Of a DNA stretch of 64,000 nt, positions 32,487 to 41,421 are shown piece after piece. Positions within the stretch are counted from its first letter, which is position 1. Each line of letters opens with the position of its first letter. The notes beneath the pieces are model-generated. The model saw nothing but the letters and a program-made list of their open reading frames with translations. It was not told where the DNA came from and did not search any database. The translations under genes and the position numbers were made by a program. This DNA comes from Candidatus Latescibacterota bacterium (GTDB lineage: Bacteria; Latescibacterota; UBA2968), in contig OZ242010.1 in NCBI GenBank assembly GCA_965204745.1, forward strand, positions 512,001 to 576,000, written 5' to 3'.

Positions 32487-35015
32487 ATGACCCGAGAAAA
32501 CTGGCGTTTGTTGACCATCGGTGCGACGATTGTGCTCGCGCTTTTTTATCTTTATCCCACGTACCAATTTTACTACGCGCCGCCCGAAAATTTGGATCGG
32601 CGCGCGCGCGTCAAGCAACAGGCCATCAACCTGGGGCTGGACTTGCAAGGGGGCATCCACCTCGTGCTCGAAGTGGATCAAGCCGATCTTTCGGACGATG
32701 AAAAAACCGACGTGGTGGCCCGCGCCCTCGAAGTGATTCGCAACCGCATCGACCAATTTGGCGTTTCCGAACCCATTATTCACCGCGAAGGCGATTGGCG
32801 CATCGTGGTCGAATTGCCGGGCGTGCAAGACATCGAACGCGCCAAGGGCCTGATCGGCAAAACCGCGCGCCTCGAGTTCAAGATTCTCGAATCCGCCGAA
32901 GACCGCGTGGGGATGATCGAGAAAATAGACGCGTACTTGGAGGCACAAGCGCCCGCTGACAGCGCAAAAACCGACGATCCGCTCTTGGGCCAAACCGCGG
33001 ACGACACCCCATCTCTTTCGCGGTACGTGCGCGCATTTGGGCGAGACTTCGTGGTTTTGGAAGACAATATTTTGACCGTGCGAGACATTTTGGATCGTCC
33101 GAGCGTGCAAAAGCTCACCCCGCCGGATGCCCAATTCCTGTGGGGGTCCAAGGTCGAGGAAATGGTCGATGGGCAACTCTATCGCGTGCTTTACTACGTC
33201 AAAAGGCGCGTGGAAATGACGGGCGAAATTCTCTCGGATGCGTCTGTCACCACCGGTCAGTCTTTTGAAAATGCCGGGCAGCCCATCGTGAATTTTACGA
33301 CCACCAGCCAGGGCGTGCGCCTGTTTGGCCGGGTCACGGGGGCGAACGTGGGCGAGCGCATGGCGATCATTCTCGACAATCAGGTCTATTCCGCGCCCAC
33401 CATCCGATCCAAAATCAGCCAGGGGTCGGGCATTATCGAAGGCACGGGCAACATTGACGAGGCTAAGGACCTCGCCATAGTCTTGCGCGCGGGGGCGTTG
33501 CCGGCCGATGTCCATATCGTCGAGGACCGCACGGTGGGGCCATCCCTTGGGCGCGATTCCGTCGAGCAGGGCAAAAATGCCGCTGCCATAGGCCTGGCCA
33601 TCGTGATCGTCTTTATGGTCATTTACTACGGCTTTTCCGGCTTGGTTGCAGACTTCGCGCTCGTGCTCAACCTCGTCTTTGTGATGGCGATTCTCGCGGC
33701 TTTTCAAGGCACGCTGACCCTGCCCGGCATTGCGGGAATCATTTTGACCATCGGTATGGCCGTGGATGCCAATGTGCTGATTCTCGAGCGCATCCGCGAG
33801 GAATTGCGCGCGGGCAAAACCGTGCGGGCGGCAATAGAGAACGGGTATGCGCGGGCCGTTCAGACGATAGTCGACGCCAACGTGACCACCATTATCACGG
33901 CTATCGTGCTCTATCAATACGGCACGGGTCCGATCAAGGGGTTCGCGCTGACGTTGATGATCGGGATCGTCTCGTCGATGTTCACCGCGATTTTTGTCAC
34001 GCGCACGATTTACGACGCGATTGTCTCGCGGCAGATCAACCCGAGTCTGAACATCGGGCGGTTGCGCGTTTTCGGCGATACCAATCTCGACTTTCTCGGG
34101 CTACGGCGCGGCGCGTTTGTGTTGTCCATCGCGTTCATTCTGGTCGGCATAGGCTCCGCGGTTGTCAAAGGCGGTTACAATCTGGGCATCGACTTTGCCG
34201 GTGGCACGTTGCTCGAGTTGCACTTTGACCCGGCAACGTCTGTGGGCGACATCCGCCAGTCATTGGGCGACGTGCGCGTTGGGGATCGCAGCGTGGATTT
34301 GCGAAACAGCGAGATCAAAGAGTTTGGGTCGCCCAACGACATTCTCATTCGCGTGGAGGAAGAGGCCGAGGGCACGGCTATCGCGGATGCGATAAAAACC
34401 CGGCTCAAATCCGATTTTGCCGGCAATATTCGAGATGCGACCGAGTGGTTGCGCCGGCAAGAAGCGGTTGGCCCCAAAATTGGCGAGGAACTCAAGACCA
34501 ACGCGGTCTATGCCATTCTCGTGTCGATGGTGCTCATCATCGCGTACGTGTGGTGGCGGTTTAGGCAGATCGAGTTTGGGGTCGCCGCCGTGATCGCCCT
34601 GTTCCACGATGTGATGATTACGCTGGGGATTTTCTCCCTTCTGGATCGGGAAATCTCCCTGGCCATCGTGGCGGCCTTGCTCACCATTGTGGGGTACTCC
34701 CTCAACGATACGATTGTGGTGTACGACCGCATTCGAGAAGATCTCAAATTGTATCGCCGCGAGACATTCGGCACGGTGATCAACCGCGCGATCAACGAAT
34801 GTCTCAACCGCACAGTGCTCACGTCGGGCACGACCATGCTGGTCGTTCTCTCCCTGATTTTCTTGGGCGGCGAGGTGATCCGCGACTTTGCGATTGCCCT
34901 GCTCATCGGCATTATCGTGGGTACGTACTCATCCGCTTTTGTGGCCTCGCCCATCGTGGTTGAATGGCACAACCGCCGCGAGGCAAAAGCGAGGCGAAAC
35001 CGAAGCGCGGCGTAG
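32487..35015 (+). CDS. secDF: Fused protein translocase subunit SecDF
   Basis: LGLDLQGG, GMAVDANVLI.ERI, GIDFAGG, GYSLNDTIVVYDRIRE; start MTRENW after GGAG. Confidence 0.96.
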   Translation: MTRENWRLLTIGATIVLALFYLYPTYQFYYAPPENLDRRARVKQQAINLGLDLQGGIHLVLEVDQADLSDDEKTDVVARALEVIRNRIDQFGVSEPIIHREGDWRIVVELPGVQDIERAKGLIGKTARLEFKILESAEDRVGMIEKIDAYLEAQAPADSAKTDDPLLGQTADDTPSLSRYVRAFGRDFVVLEDNILTVRDILDRPSVQKLTPPDAQFLWGSKVEEMVDGQLYRVLYYVKRRVEMTGEILSDASVTTGQSFENAGQPIVNFTTTSQGVRLFGRVTGANVGERMAIILDNQVYSAPTIRSKISQGSGIIEGTGNIDEAKDLAIVLRAGALPADVHIVEDRTVGPSLGRDSVEQGKNAAAIGLAIVIVFMVIYYGFSGLVADFALVLNLVFVMAILAAFQGTLTLPGIAGIILTIGMAVDANVLILERIREELRAGKTVRAAIENGYARAVQTIVDANVTTIITAIVLYQYGTGPIKGFALTLMIGIVSSMFTAIFVTRTIYDAIVSRQINPSLNIGRLRVFGDTNLDFLGLRRGAFVLSIAFILVGIGSAVVKGGYNLGIDFAGGTLLELHFDPATSVGDIRQSLGDVRVGDRSVDLRNSEIKEFGSPNDILIRVEEEAEGTAIADAIKTRLKSDFAGNIRDATEWLRRQEAVGPKIGEELKTNAVYAILVSMVLIIAYVWWRFRQIEFGVAAVIALFHDVMITLGIFSLLDREISLAIVAALLTIVGYSLNDTIVVYDRIREDLKLYRRETFGTVINRAINECLNRTVLTSGTTMLVVLSLIFLGGEVIRDFAIALLIGIIVGTYSSAFVASPIVVEWHNRREAKARRNRSAA

Positions 35016-35052
35016 GTTGGGCGAGCACCGCGCTCAATTCGCTCTCAAACAC

Positions 35053-35083
35053 AAAAAGCCGACGTTTGCACGTCGGCTTTTTT
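35053..35083. terminator. Bidirectional intrinsic terminator at the left edge of the island
   Basis: AAAAAGCCGACG-TTTGCA-CGTCGGCTTTTTT. Confidence 0.85.
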
Positions 35084-35194
35084 AGTTGGAAGAATTTTTC
35101 TCCAAGTCACACATCGCGTATGTGTCGCCCAGTTCAAAGGGCTTTCAGAACAGCCCTCAGAATGCACACCTCTTTTTGAGACATGTCATCCATC

Positions 35195-35339
35195 TTGGAG
35201 AAATAGGCCGGGTAACTCTCTTGTCCCGCATTGTGTTCGACCACGACGATAGCGATGCCCTTTCCGTTGCCCTCTGACAGACATCGAATAAACGCTGTTT
35301 GATTTGCGCGTCTGTTGTGCCCAGGCTCAGGTTGATGAT
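35195..35339 (-). pseudogene. Relic fragment of a second S8 peptidase gene
   Basis: IINLSLGTTDAQIKQRLFDVCQRATE / frameshift / KGIAIVVVEHNAGQESYPAYF aligns with VVNLSLGTTDVTFKRSLQAVCRKAVEAGIILVAAESNDGGESYPAVF of the intact S8. Confidence 0.8.
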
Positions 35340-35369
35340 AGGGCAAGAGAGGCTTTGACTTTGCTACGC

Positions 35370-36017
35370 TCAGTCCGAATCAGATTTTTGGCGTGCGCCT
35401 TTCTCAACAATCGAATTAAAAAAAATATTTGCGAACATCATTCCTAAAAATAAAACGTTCAACGCAGATAGAATAGCAGTCGAAAGCCTTATATGAGGCG
35501 CACTCAACATCCATAAGCCGTGTAACACGGCAACAAAAAAGATAAAAATCGCGCTCTTCCAATACCGAAACCCCAACAGCGTGCCGCAATTTTTACAAGG
35601 CCATGTTTGACAAAAAAGCGTATTCCCCCTATGGCGCAACCCAACGAGATGCCCACACTTGGGACACGCAGAAATGTTTTTCATAACTCTTGGTGTATAT
35701 TCGGTAGCCGACTTCTCAACAATTAAAAAAAGAAAAATGCTCACTAAGAGATCGAAAAAAATAATGCTTGCGACAAATAGACCCATCTGGAAAGGCGTTA
35801 AGGGCCTAAGCAAAAAATACAAGAATGCGGCACACACAAGGAGCAAAAGGTTCAAAATCAGGCGTTGCCGAGGATTAACTTCCAATAGAGCACCACAATT
35901 TTTACAAGGCCAGTGACGACCAAAAATGCTACCAGCCCTCCATTTGTGCCACCCCCATCCCCCAACGGAATGTCCACACTTTGGACATGTGTAAATGCTT
36001 TTTATTTTTCTCGGCAT
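35370..36017 (-). CDS. Tandem CxxC-x~20-CxxC zinc-ribbon membrane protein (two repeats)
   Basis: CPKCGH...WPCKNCG plus 2 TMs and IVEK, twice; GGGAG RBS before MPRKIKS. Confidence 0.75.
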   Translation of the reverse strand: MPRKIKSIYTCPKCGHSVGGWGWHKWRAGSIFGRHWPCKNCGALLEVNPRQRLILNLLLLVCAAFLYFLLRPLTPFQMGLFVASIIFFDLLVSIFLFLIVEKSATEYTPRVMKNISACPKCGHLVGLRHRGNTLFCQTWPCKNCGTLLGFRYWKSAIFIFFVAVLHGLWMLSAPHIRLSTAILSALNVLFLGMMFANIFFNSIVEKGARQKSDSD

Positions 36018-36036
36018 ATCGTTGACTCCCAAACGC

Positions 36037-36250
36037 TCAGGCTGAATCAGATTTTTGACGGGTGCCTTTCTCAACAATCGGAATGACAAAAATTCTCGCT
36101 AAGTGGACCAAAAAGAAAGAGCCTATAATAAATAGATTCACATTCAAAATAGTTCTCCGAGGCTCAATCCATAAGTAGAGCAATATGGCAAACATAGGGA
36201 TCAAAATCAGGCTCTGCCAGTAGCTAAATCCCAAAATCGTACCGCAACTT
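36037..36250 (-). pseudogene. 5'-truncated third CxxC-membrane repeat
   Basis: CGTILGFSYWQS...IVEKGTRQKSDSA* matches CGTLLGFRYWKS...IVEKGARQKSDSD*; homology begins immediately after the ACP stop. Confidence 0.8.
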
Positions 36251-36514
36251 TCAGGTGGCAGTCGCGTCTTCAAGCGCGGTGCGGACATAATCGGTCATTG
36301 TTTTCACGCTATCGAACAGTTCCACACGCAAATCTTCATCGGGCACTTCAAGGCCAAATTCTTCTTCCAAGCCCACAATGATCTCGATCGTCGCCATTGA
36401 ATTGAGGCCTAAACCACCGCCAAAAAGCGCGTCTTCAGCACCGATTTCTTCTGGCGTCACTTCAAGAGACAAGGAGCGAATAATGACCTGCTTGACCCGA
36501 TGTTCAATGGACAT
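36251..36514 (-). CDS. Acyl carrier protein
   Basis: 87 aa, acidic; LFGGGLGLNS39 (DS>NS), LEEEFG, FDSVKTM; AGGAGG RBS. Confidence 0.88.
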   Translation of the reverse strand: MSIEHRVKQVIIRSLSLEVTPEEIGAEDALFGGGLGLNSMATIEIIVGLEEEFGLEVPDEDLRVELFDSVKTMTDYVRTALEDATAT

Positions 36515-36522
36515 AAGCCCTC

Positions 36523-38424
36523 CTATGGGATTGCTGCCGCTGGCTGAGCCTCTGAGAAATACTGAATCGCGGTTTCAACGAGACGCCGTTGACCCGTCTC
36601 GGACAGAATCTCTATCGCGGGCAATTGAAACGTGTCTTCCAATGTGTTCAGGTGGCGATCAATCTCGTGTCGTGCCATCTTTTTCGGGGTGATCATACTG
36701 CGCCCATACGCGGTTCGGATGTGCTTTTTGCGGTTGCCCATCGCCAGCAACAGGGTCGGGGCTTTGCACACGGCGCGTATCCCATCTATCGTATCGCGGA
36801 TGTACGCTGTCGCATCGATGCTGTTGACCACCAAAACGCAAGCATCCGGCTTTACGCCGAGCAAAAACGCCAGCGACGACAAACAATGCGTGCTGTGTTC
36901 TTGGACATCATAAGGTATCGTGCCCGATTGAGACCCCGTCAGGATGATGTCGGGCCGGCGGTGCTGGCAAATCTCGCGCATCTTGTAATCCAAATACGGC
37001 GCGTAGTGTTGAAAGGGAAGTTTGAGCGGAGAAGCATAGCCCATTGGAAAGGCGGCATCCATGCCAAATAAGCGCGCATGGTGCTCGGTGCCGATTTGCC
37101 CAACCTCATAGCCTTCTTGTTGCAAGCGCGCCCGCAACGCGAGTTGCAGGGTGAACTTGCCCTGTTGCGAACTCGTGCCCATCACCGCGAGCACGGGCAC
37201 ATCCACGGGCGGGAGTGCCTTGAAATTTTGAAGTGCCTGTGTGCGTTCTGTTTTGGAAATGTGCGGATAGGCCAAGCGCAGGCCCTTTTTGTCCGCCGTG
37301 TCATACAGATCGCCGTAAGCGGTTGGGTCAAGGGCTTGCAAACTGAACACATGGCAACCCGCATCCAGCGCCAATGCGATGTGTTCTCTGAGCAAATCGC
37401 GCTTGCGAACGCGGGAGAGTTGATCCACATAGCCCAAGATGAGCGTATCCGCATCTGCCATTGCGCGGCGGATATTTGGGCTGATACGCAGATTGGCAAC
37501 CGGCGCGTCGATCACTTTGCCCGCATCTTTGCCGCCCATCCCCTTGCCGAGGGGATCGCCGACGCCCACGATCTCAAAATCGAGCATCTCGCGATAGCGC
37601 ACCAAGCTGTGCATCTCTTTGTTGTACGGATACAGCGCGGCTTTTTTAATCCATGAATAATCCGCTTGAAAAACGTTTTGAGAGGCCGGGCGACTGGTCT
37701 TTGCCGTATTCTGGTTCTTCGGCATTCTTATGGCTTTTTCCTGTAACAATAACCGAATTTTTTGAACAGAAGAATTGGGGTGCTGGTTCAGCAAGCGCGC
37801 CACAATGCCCGCGATATGCGGCGCGGCAAAGCTATTGCCGCCGGTCATGATGTATTTTCCGTTGAGCCAGCAAACGCGCTGTTCATCGCCACGCGCCACG
37901 CATTCGATGTGCTGATCCTTGCGATAGTAAAATCCGTCTCGGTCATAAATCGCACCCCCCGTCACCCCAAGCACTTCGGGAAACACCGCCGGGTAACTCT
38001 CGCCCCCGTCATTGCTCTCTGCCGCCACGAGAATTATGCCCGCCTCGACCGCCTTGCGACACACGGCTTGAAGGGATCGCTTAAACGTCACATCCGTTGT
38101 GCCCAAGCTCAAATTCACGACATTCATCGCGTTGTCAATACACCACTGAATCGCCGCGATCAACGCCCGGCCATCTGCCATCAACGAGTCGTCAAAAATC
38201 CGCACGCCATACAACGCCGCGTCCGGTGCCTTCTTCCGAATAATCCCCGCGCACGCCGTGCCGTGCCCCGCACAATCGACATAATCATCTGACACCATTA
38301 CCTCGCCACCTTCACCCATCCGAATCCGAACCCCACCCGCAATATCCCCCACCCCCGAATGCGATGCGTCTATGCCACTGTCGATAATGGCAACCCGGAT
38401 GCGAGTGTGATTTGCTTTACCCAT
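36523..38424 (-). CDS. Cytoplasmic S8 subtilase fused to a DUF1611/TIGR04066-like P-loop domain
   Basis: Catalytic triad IIDSG / HGTAC / GNSFAAP; no signal peptide; C-terminal half AALYPYNKE, VMGTSSQQGKFTLQL, GSQSG, KPDACVLVVN. Confidence 0.85.
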   Translation of the reverse strand: MGKANHTRIRVAIIDSGIDASHSGVGDIAGGVRIRMGEGGEVMVSDDYVDCAGHGTACAGIIRKKAPDAALYGVRIFDDSLMADGRALIAAIQWCIDNAMNVVNLSLGTTDVTFKRSLQAVCRKAVEAGIILVAAESNDGGESYPAVFPEVLGVTGGAIYDRDGFYYRKDQHIECVARGDEQRVCWLNGKYIMTGGNSFAAPHIAGIVARLLNQHPNSSVQKIRLLLQEKAIRMPKNQNTAKTSRPASQNVFQADYSWIKKAALYPYNKEMHSLVRYREMLDFEIVGVGDPLGKGMGGKDAGKVIDAPVANLRISPNIRRAMADADTLILGYVDQLSRVRKRDLLREHIALALDAGCHVFSLQALDPTAYGDLYDTADKKGLRLAYPHISKTERTQALQNFKALPPVDVPVLAVMGTSSQQGKFTLQLALRARLQQEGYEVGQIGTEHHARLFGMDAAFPMGYASPLKLPFQHYAPYLDYKMREICQHRRPDIILTGSQSGTIPYDVQEHSTHCLSSLAFLLGVKPDACVLVVNSIDATAYIRDTIDGIRAVCKAPTLLLAMGNRKKHIRTAYGRSMITPKKMARHEIDRHLNTLEDTFQLPAIEILSETGQRRLVETAIQYFSEAQPAAAIP

Positions 38425-38436
38425 GACATTCTCCAA

Positions 38437-39141
38437 CTAATGCTGTGAATCCATAATTTTGCATTCCACATCAATGATTTCCTTTTTTTTCCAATCAACC
38501 AATACGCGCAATGTGTCATCAAACTTTCTTGGCTTCCAGCGATATTCAAAGACACTTAAGCCATTCACCTCAACAGCATCATACCCATAACTGCGTTCGT
38601 TCTGGAGGGTGCGAATATAATCATGGCGGGCAAAATAGGGTTGTGCATCTATATGCTTCACAATAGCTGGCAGATAATTTTCCATCAAAAGATTGGTGCC
38701 TGGTATTGCACGAAATCCATATCGTTTGTAGAGTGGAATCCCTTTTCGATTGAATGACCAAGTCGTAATTTCGATCCGTTTGCATTCAGATTCACAGGTG
38801 GTTCTCAAACACCTATCTGCCAGTGCAAGCCCAAAAACCCCGCGTTTCTGAAAGTCGGGATGGGTTTCTACATGAGAAAAAATGATCACATCTGGCTCAG
38901 ATTTCTTTTGGCTTATCTTCATGGATGAAATGATGCGGTGATTTCGCTTGAGTAAATAGATGACCGCGTGCTCTAAGTTGCTCAAATTCTCAATGATTTC
39001 TTCACAACTGGGTAGGCATTCAGGGTTTGGCTGTCTTTGAAACGCATTGGAAGACAAGGACCAATGTCGTGTCTGAATACCTCTTAGAAAGATAGCATAG
39101 TGGTGTAAATCGTTTTCGCTTAAGGGCTGAATGTGATACAT
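38437..39141 (-). CDS. GNAT-family acyltransferase
   Basis: Motif A VETHPDFQKRG, motif B TWSFNRKGIPLYKRYGF. Confidence 0.85.
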   Translation of the reverse strand: MYHIQPLSENDLHHYAIFLRGIQTRHWSLSSNAFQRQPNPECLPSCEEIIENLSNLEHAVIYLLKRNHRIISSMKISQKKSEPDVIIFSHVETHPDFQKRGVFGLALADRCLRTTCESECKRIEITTWSFNRKGIPLYKRYGFRAIPGTNLLMENYLPAIVKHIDAQPYFARHDYIRTLQNERSYGYDAVEVNGLSVFEYRWKPRKFDDTLRVLVDWKKKEIIDVECKIMDSQH

Positions 39142-39168
39142 TTTTGTTCTCTTTGAGAAATTGAAAAA

Positions 39169-39908
39169 TCACTTGCTGACGATATAGCCGCCATACAGAA
39201 ATCCAATTAACGGTGCAATAGTGACATTGAAATTTATAGCCCCATGAAAAACCATACATAACAAAAGACTGCGTTTAGATTCGTAGAGATAAGTCAAGAA
39301 ACAGGAAAGTACAGCTAATAATATCAGGTGATGAAAAAATATGGACCAATAACCACCCGTAACCAAAAAATATAATTGTTCATGAAGACCGACGAAGACC
39401 AAAACAGTAATAATATAAGCCCTTACTCTTCCATATCTTGTCCTGATTGCCCCAAAAAATAAACCCCGAAAAAGAAGTTCTTCTCGAACTGGAGTCAATA
39501 TAACAAGTCCGAGAAGATCAAATAGACACTCAATAACAAAGCCTGGAGGCTGCGAACCAAAACCTACTGAAAAATACAAGGGTAAATTATATGCTGTTAG
39601 ACCTATACCTACATATATCCACAAGAAGAACACTTTTTTTGGGGAACTCCATAATATATCATCTTCCGCAACCCAAATTGTCCGAATCGGTAAAAAAAAG
39701 AAAAAATTAATAGAAGATTTATTCCTTCTACAACAACTTGCATAATCACATTAGATGACTGAACAATCCACCACACAATTTTGTTTTCTAGAAAAACAAA
39801 AAAACCCCAGATCAAACCTTTTGCCAAAGGCACATGGAGTGTTAAGGGCCAGTTCTCCTGCATAGATTCTACTTTGATAGATTCTTCCATTGAGGATCCT
39901 TGGGCCAT
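39169..39908 (-). pseudogene. CPBP (CAAX/Abi) intramembrane metalloprotease split by a frameshift at an A7 tract
   Basis: REELLFRG, FVGLH, HGAIN; adding one A at 39634-39640 joins the two ORFs into 246 aa. Confidence 0.8.
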
Positions 39909-39927
39909 ATAAGCACTCCAATTCAGT

Positions 39928-40721
39928 TTAATCCGGTTTGTTGCTCAACATCTTAAAACTTTCGTCCATCAATAGAAATTCGAAAGCAGGCTCTTTGTAA
40001 ATTTTTTCTTTTAAAATGGGATCCCACCGGAGTGCTCTTTTTAAGGAATAAAGAGTTAGTTCTTTATTTTTTATACCCCCATATACACGAGATCGGTTAT
40101 ACCATGCATTACCATTTTGGGGATTTAGTTCAAGTGACCGATCTAACGCAACGATGGCTTTGGGTAATCTGCCTAACTCAAGAAGCAGAGCTCCTTTATT
40201 GTTCCAGGCATCAGAATATTTGGTGTCGAGTTCTAAAGCACGATCAAACGACTGGAGTGCTTTTTCCAATTCGCCCAGTTTCATCAAAACAGCACCTCGA
40301 TTATTCCATAATATAGATGCTCGAGGTAGTATTTGAAGTGCTTGATCATAAATTTCAAGTGCCGTTTTATATTGACCCAAACGTATGAGAATATCCCCTC
40401 TGTTTATCCAATAGGTCATATTTTCAGGATCGGCCTCTGTTGCACGTATATACATTTCAAGTGCGTCTTGATTTTTTTTTGCTGTTTGTAAATCAAACCA
40501 CATCTGAACCAGGCAACCGCATTTTGGGGATTTAACTCAACTGTTTGACGATAGACTTTCAGAGCTTCTTCAAATGCACGAATCCGCCAAAACTTATTTC
40601 CCTTCTCAAACAAAATTTGGGATTGTTCAAGAGATTTATACGGTTGAAAAATAAAATTCGTAAAATAATAGAAAACAACGGCATATACAAAGGGAAGGCA
40701 CAATAGCAAAAACTTTTTCAT
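39928..40721 (-). pseudogene. Membrane-anchored TPR protein split by a frameshift at an A9 tract
   Basis: N-terminal TM; TPRs (WINRG, WNNRG, WNNKG, WYNRS); adding one A at 40472-40480 gives KQQKK-NQDALEMY and 264 aa. Confidence 0.8.
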
Positions 40722-40949
40722 CGCAACATTCTCCTATCCATACGGGCAAAAAAATAAAATATTTATTTAGTATGAGATCAGCGCGCTGAGAATGTTGAAA
40801 TGTATTGAAAAGAGCCTTCGGGGGCTGAGAAAAGTGTTCACAGGTTTTCAAGTTACCCAAAGAAAGGGGCAACGAAATACAGTTTGGGCAAAAACTCGTG
40901 AACAATTCACAATGCGCGGATCGTCAAAATTTAACGTTACCCTCCCAGA

Positions 40950-41366
40950 TTAATGGGTACGTTTTCTGCCGAGATTATCATACTCTTCCTGATTAGGCAC
41001 AATATAACCCGGAGGAGGATGAACACTGCTTTCTACCTCTCCACCTCGAGCTATAGCTGTCTCTATAGTCACCACTGTATTAGTGAAGGGAATTGGGAAA
41101 CTGTAAGTCAGGAATAGACTATCATCTGTGACACCAATTGGCGATCTGGCTTCGATTCTACCGGTTGTACGTCCACCTGGAAAATGCAAGGTACCTTCAA
41201 ATCCCCTAGGTGTCATCCCATGCGACACACCAGTCGAAGTTGAGTCAGCATTGACAGCCTTCTCAGCATCAGCCTGTGCATCAGGGTCTTCTTCCTCGCC
41301 AGAATAGGCAATAACACTTTCCAGATTGCCCATCCGTTGAGGTTTGTACAACTTTCTGATTTCCAT
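40950..41366 (-). CDS. Putative precursor protein A (138 aa)
   Basis: AAAGGAG RBS; MEIRKLYKPQRMGNLESVIAYSGEEED..., leader shared with precursor B. Confidence 0.7.
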   Translation of the reverse strand: MEIRKLYKPQRMGNLESVIAYSGEEEDPDAQADAEKAVNADSTSTGVSHGMTPRGFEGTLHFPGGRTTGRIEARSPIGVTDDSLFLTYSFPIPFTNTVVTIETAIARGGEVESSVHPPPGYIVPNQEEYDNLGRKRTH

Positions 41367-41421
41367 TGTGTTTCTCCTTTCGAAAAGAATGAATGTACAG
41401 CCCCCGAAGGCCAAATTCATA

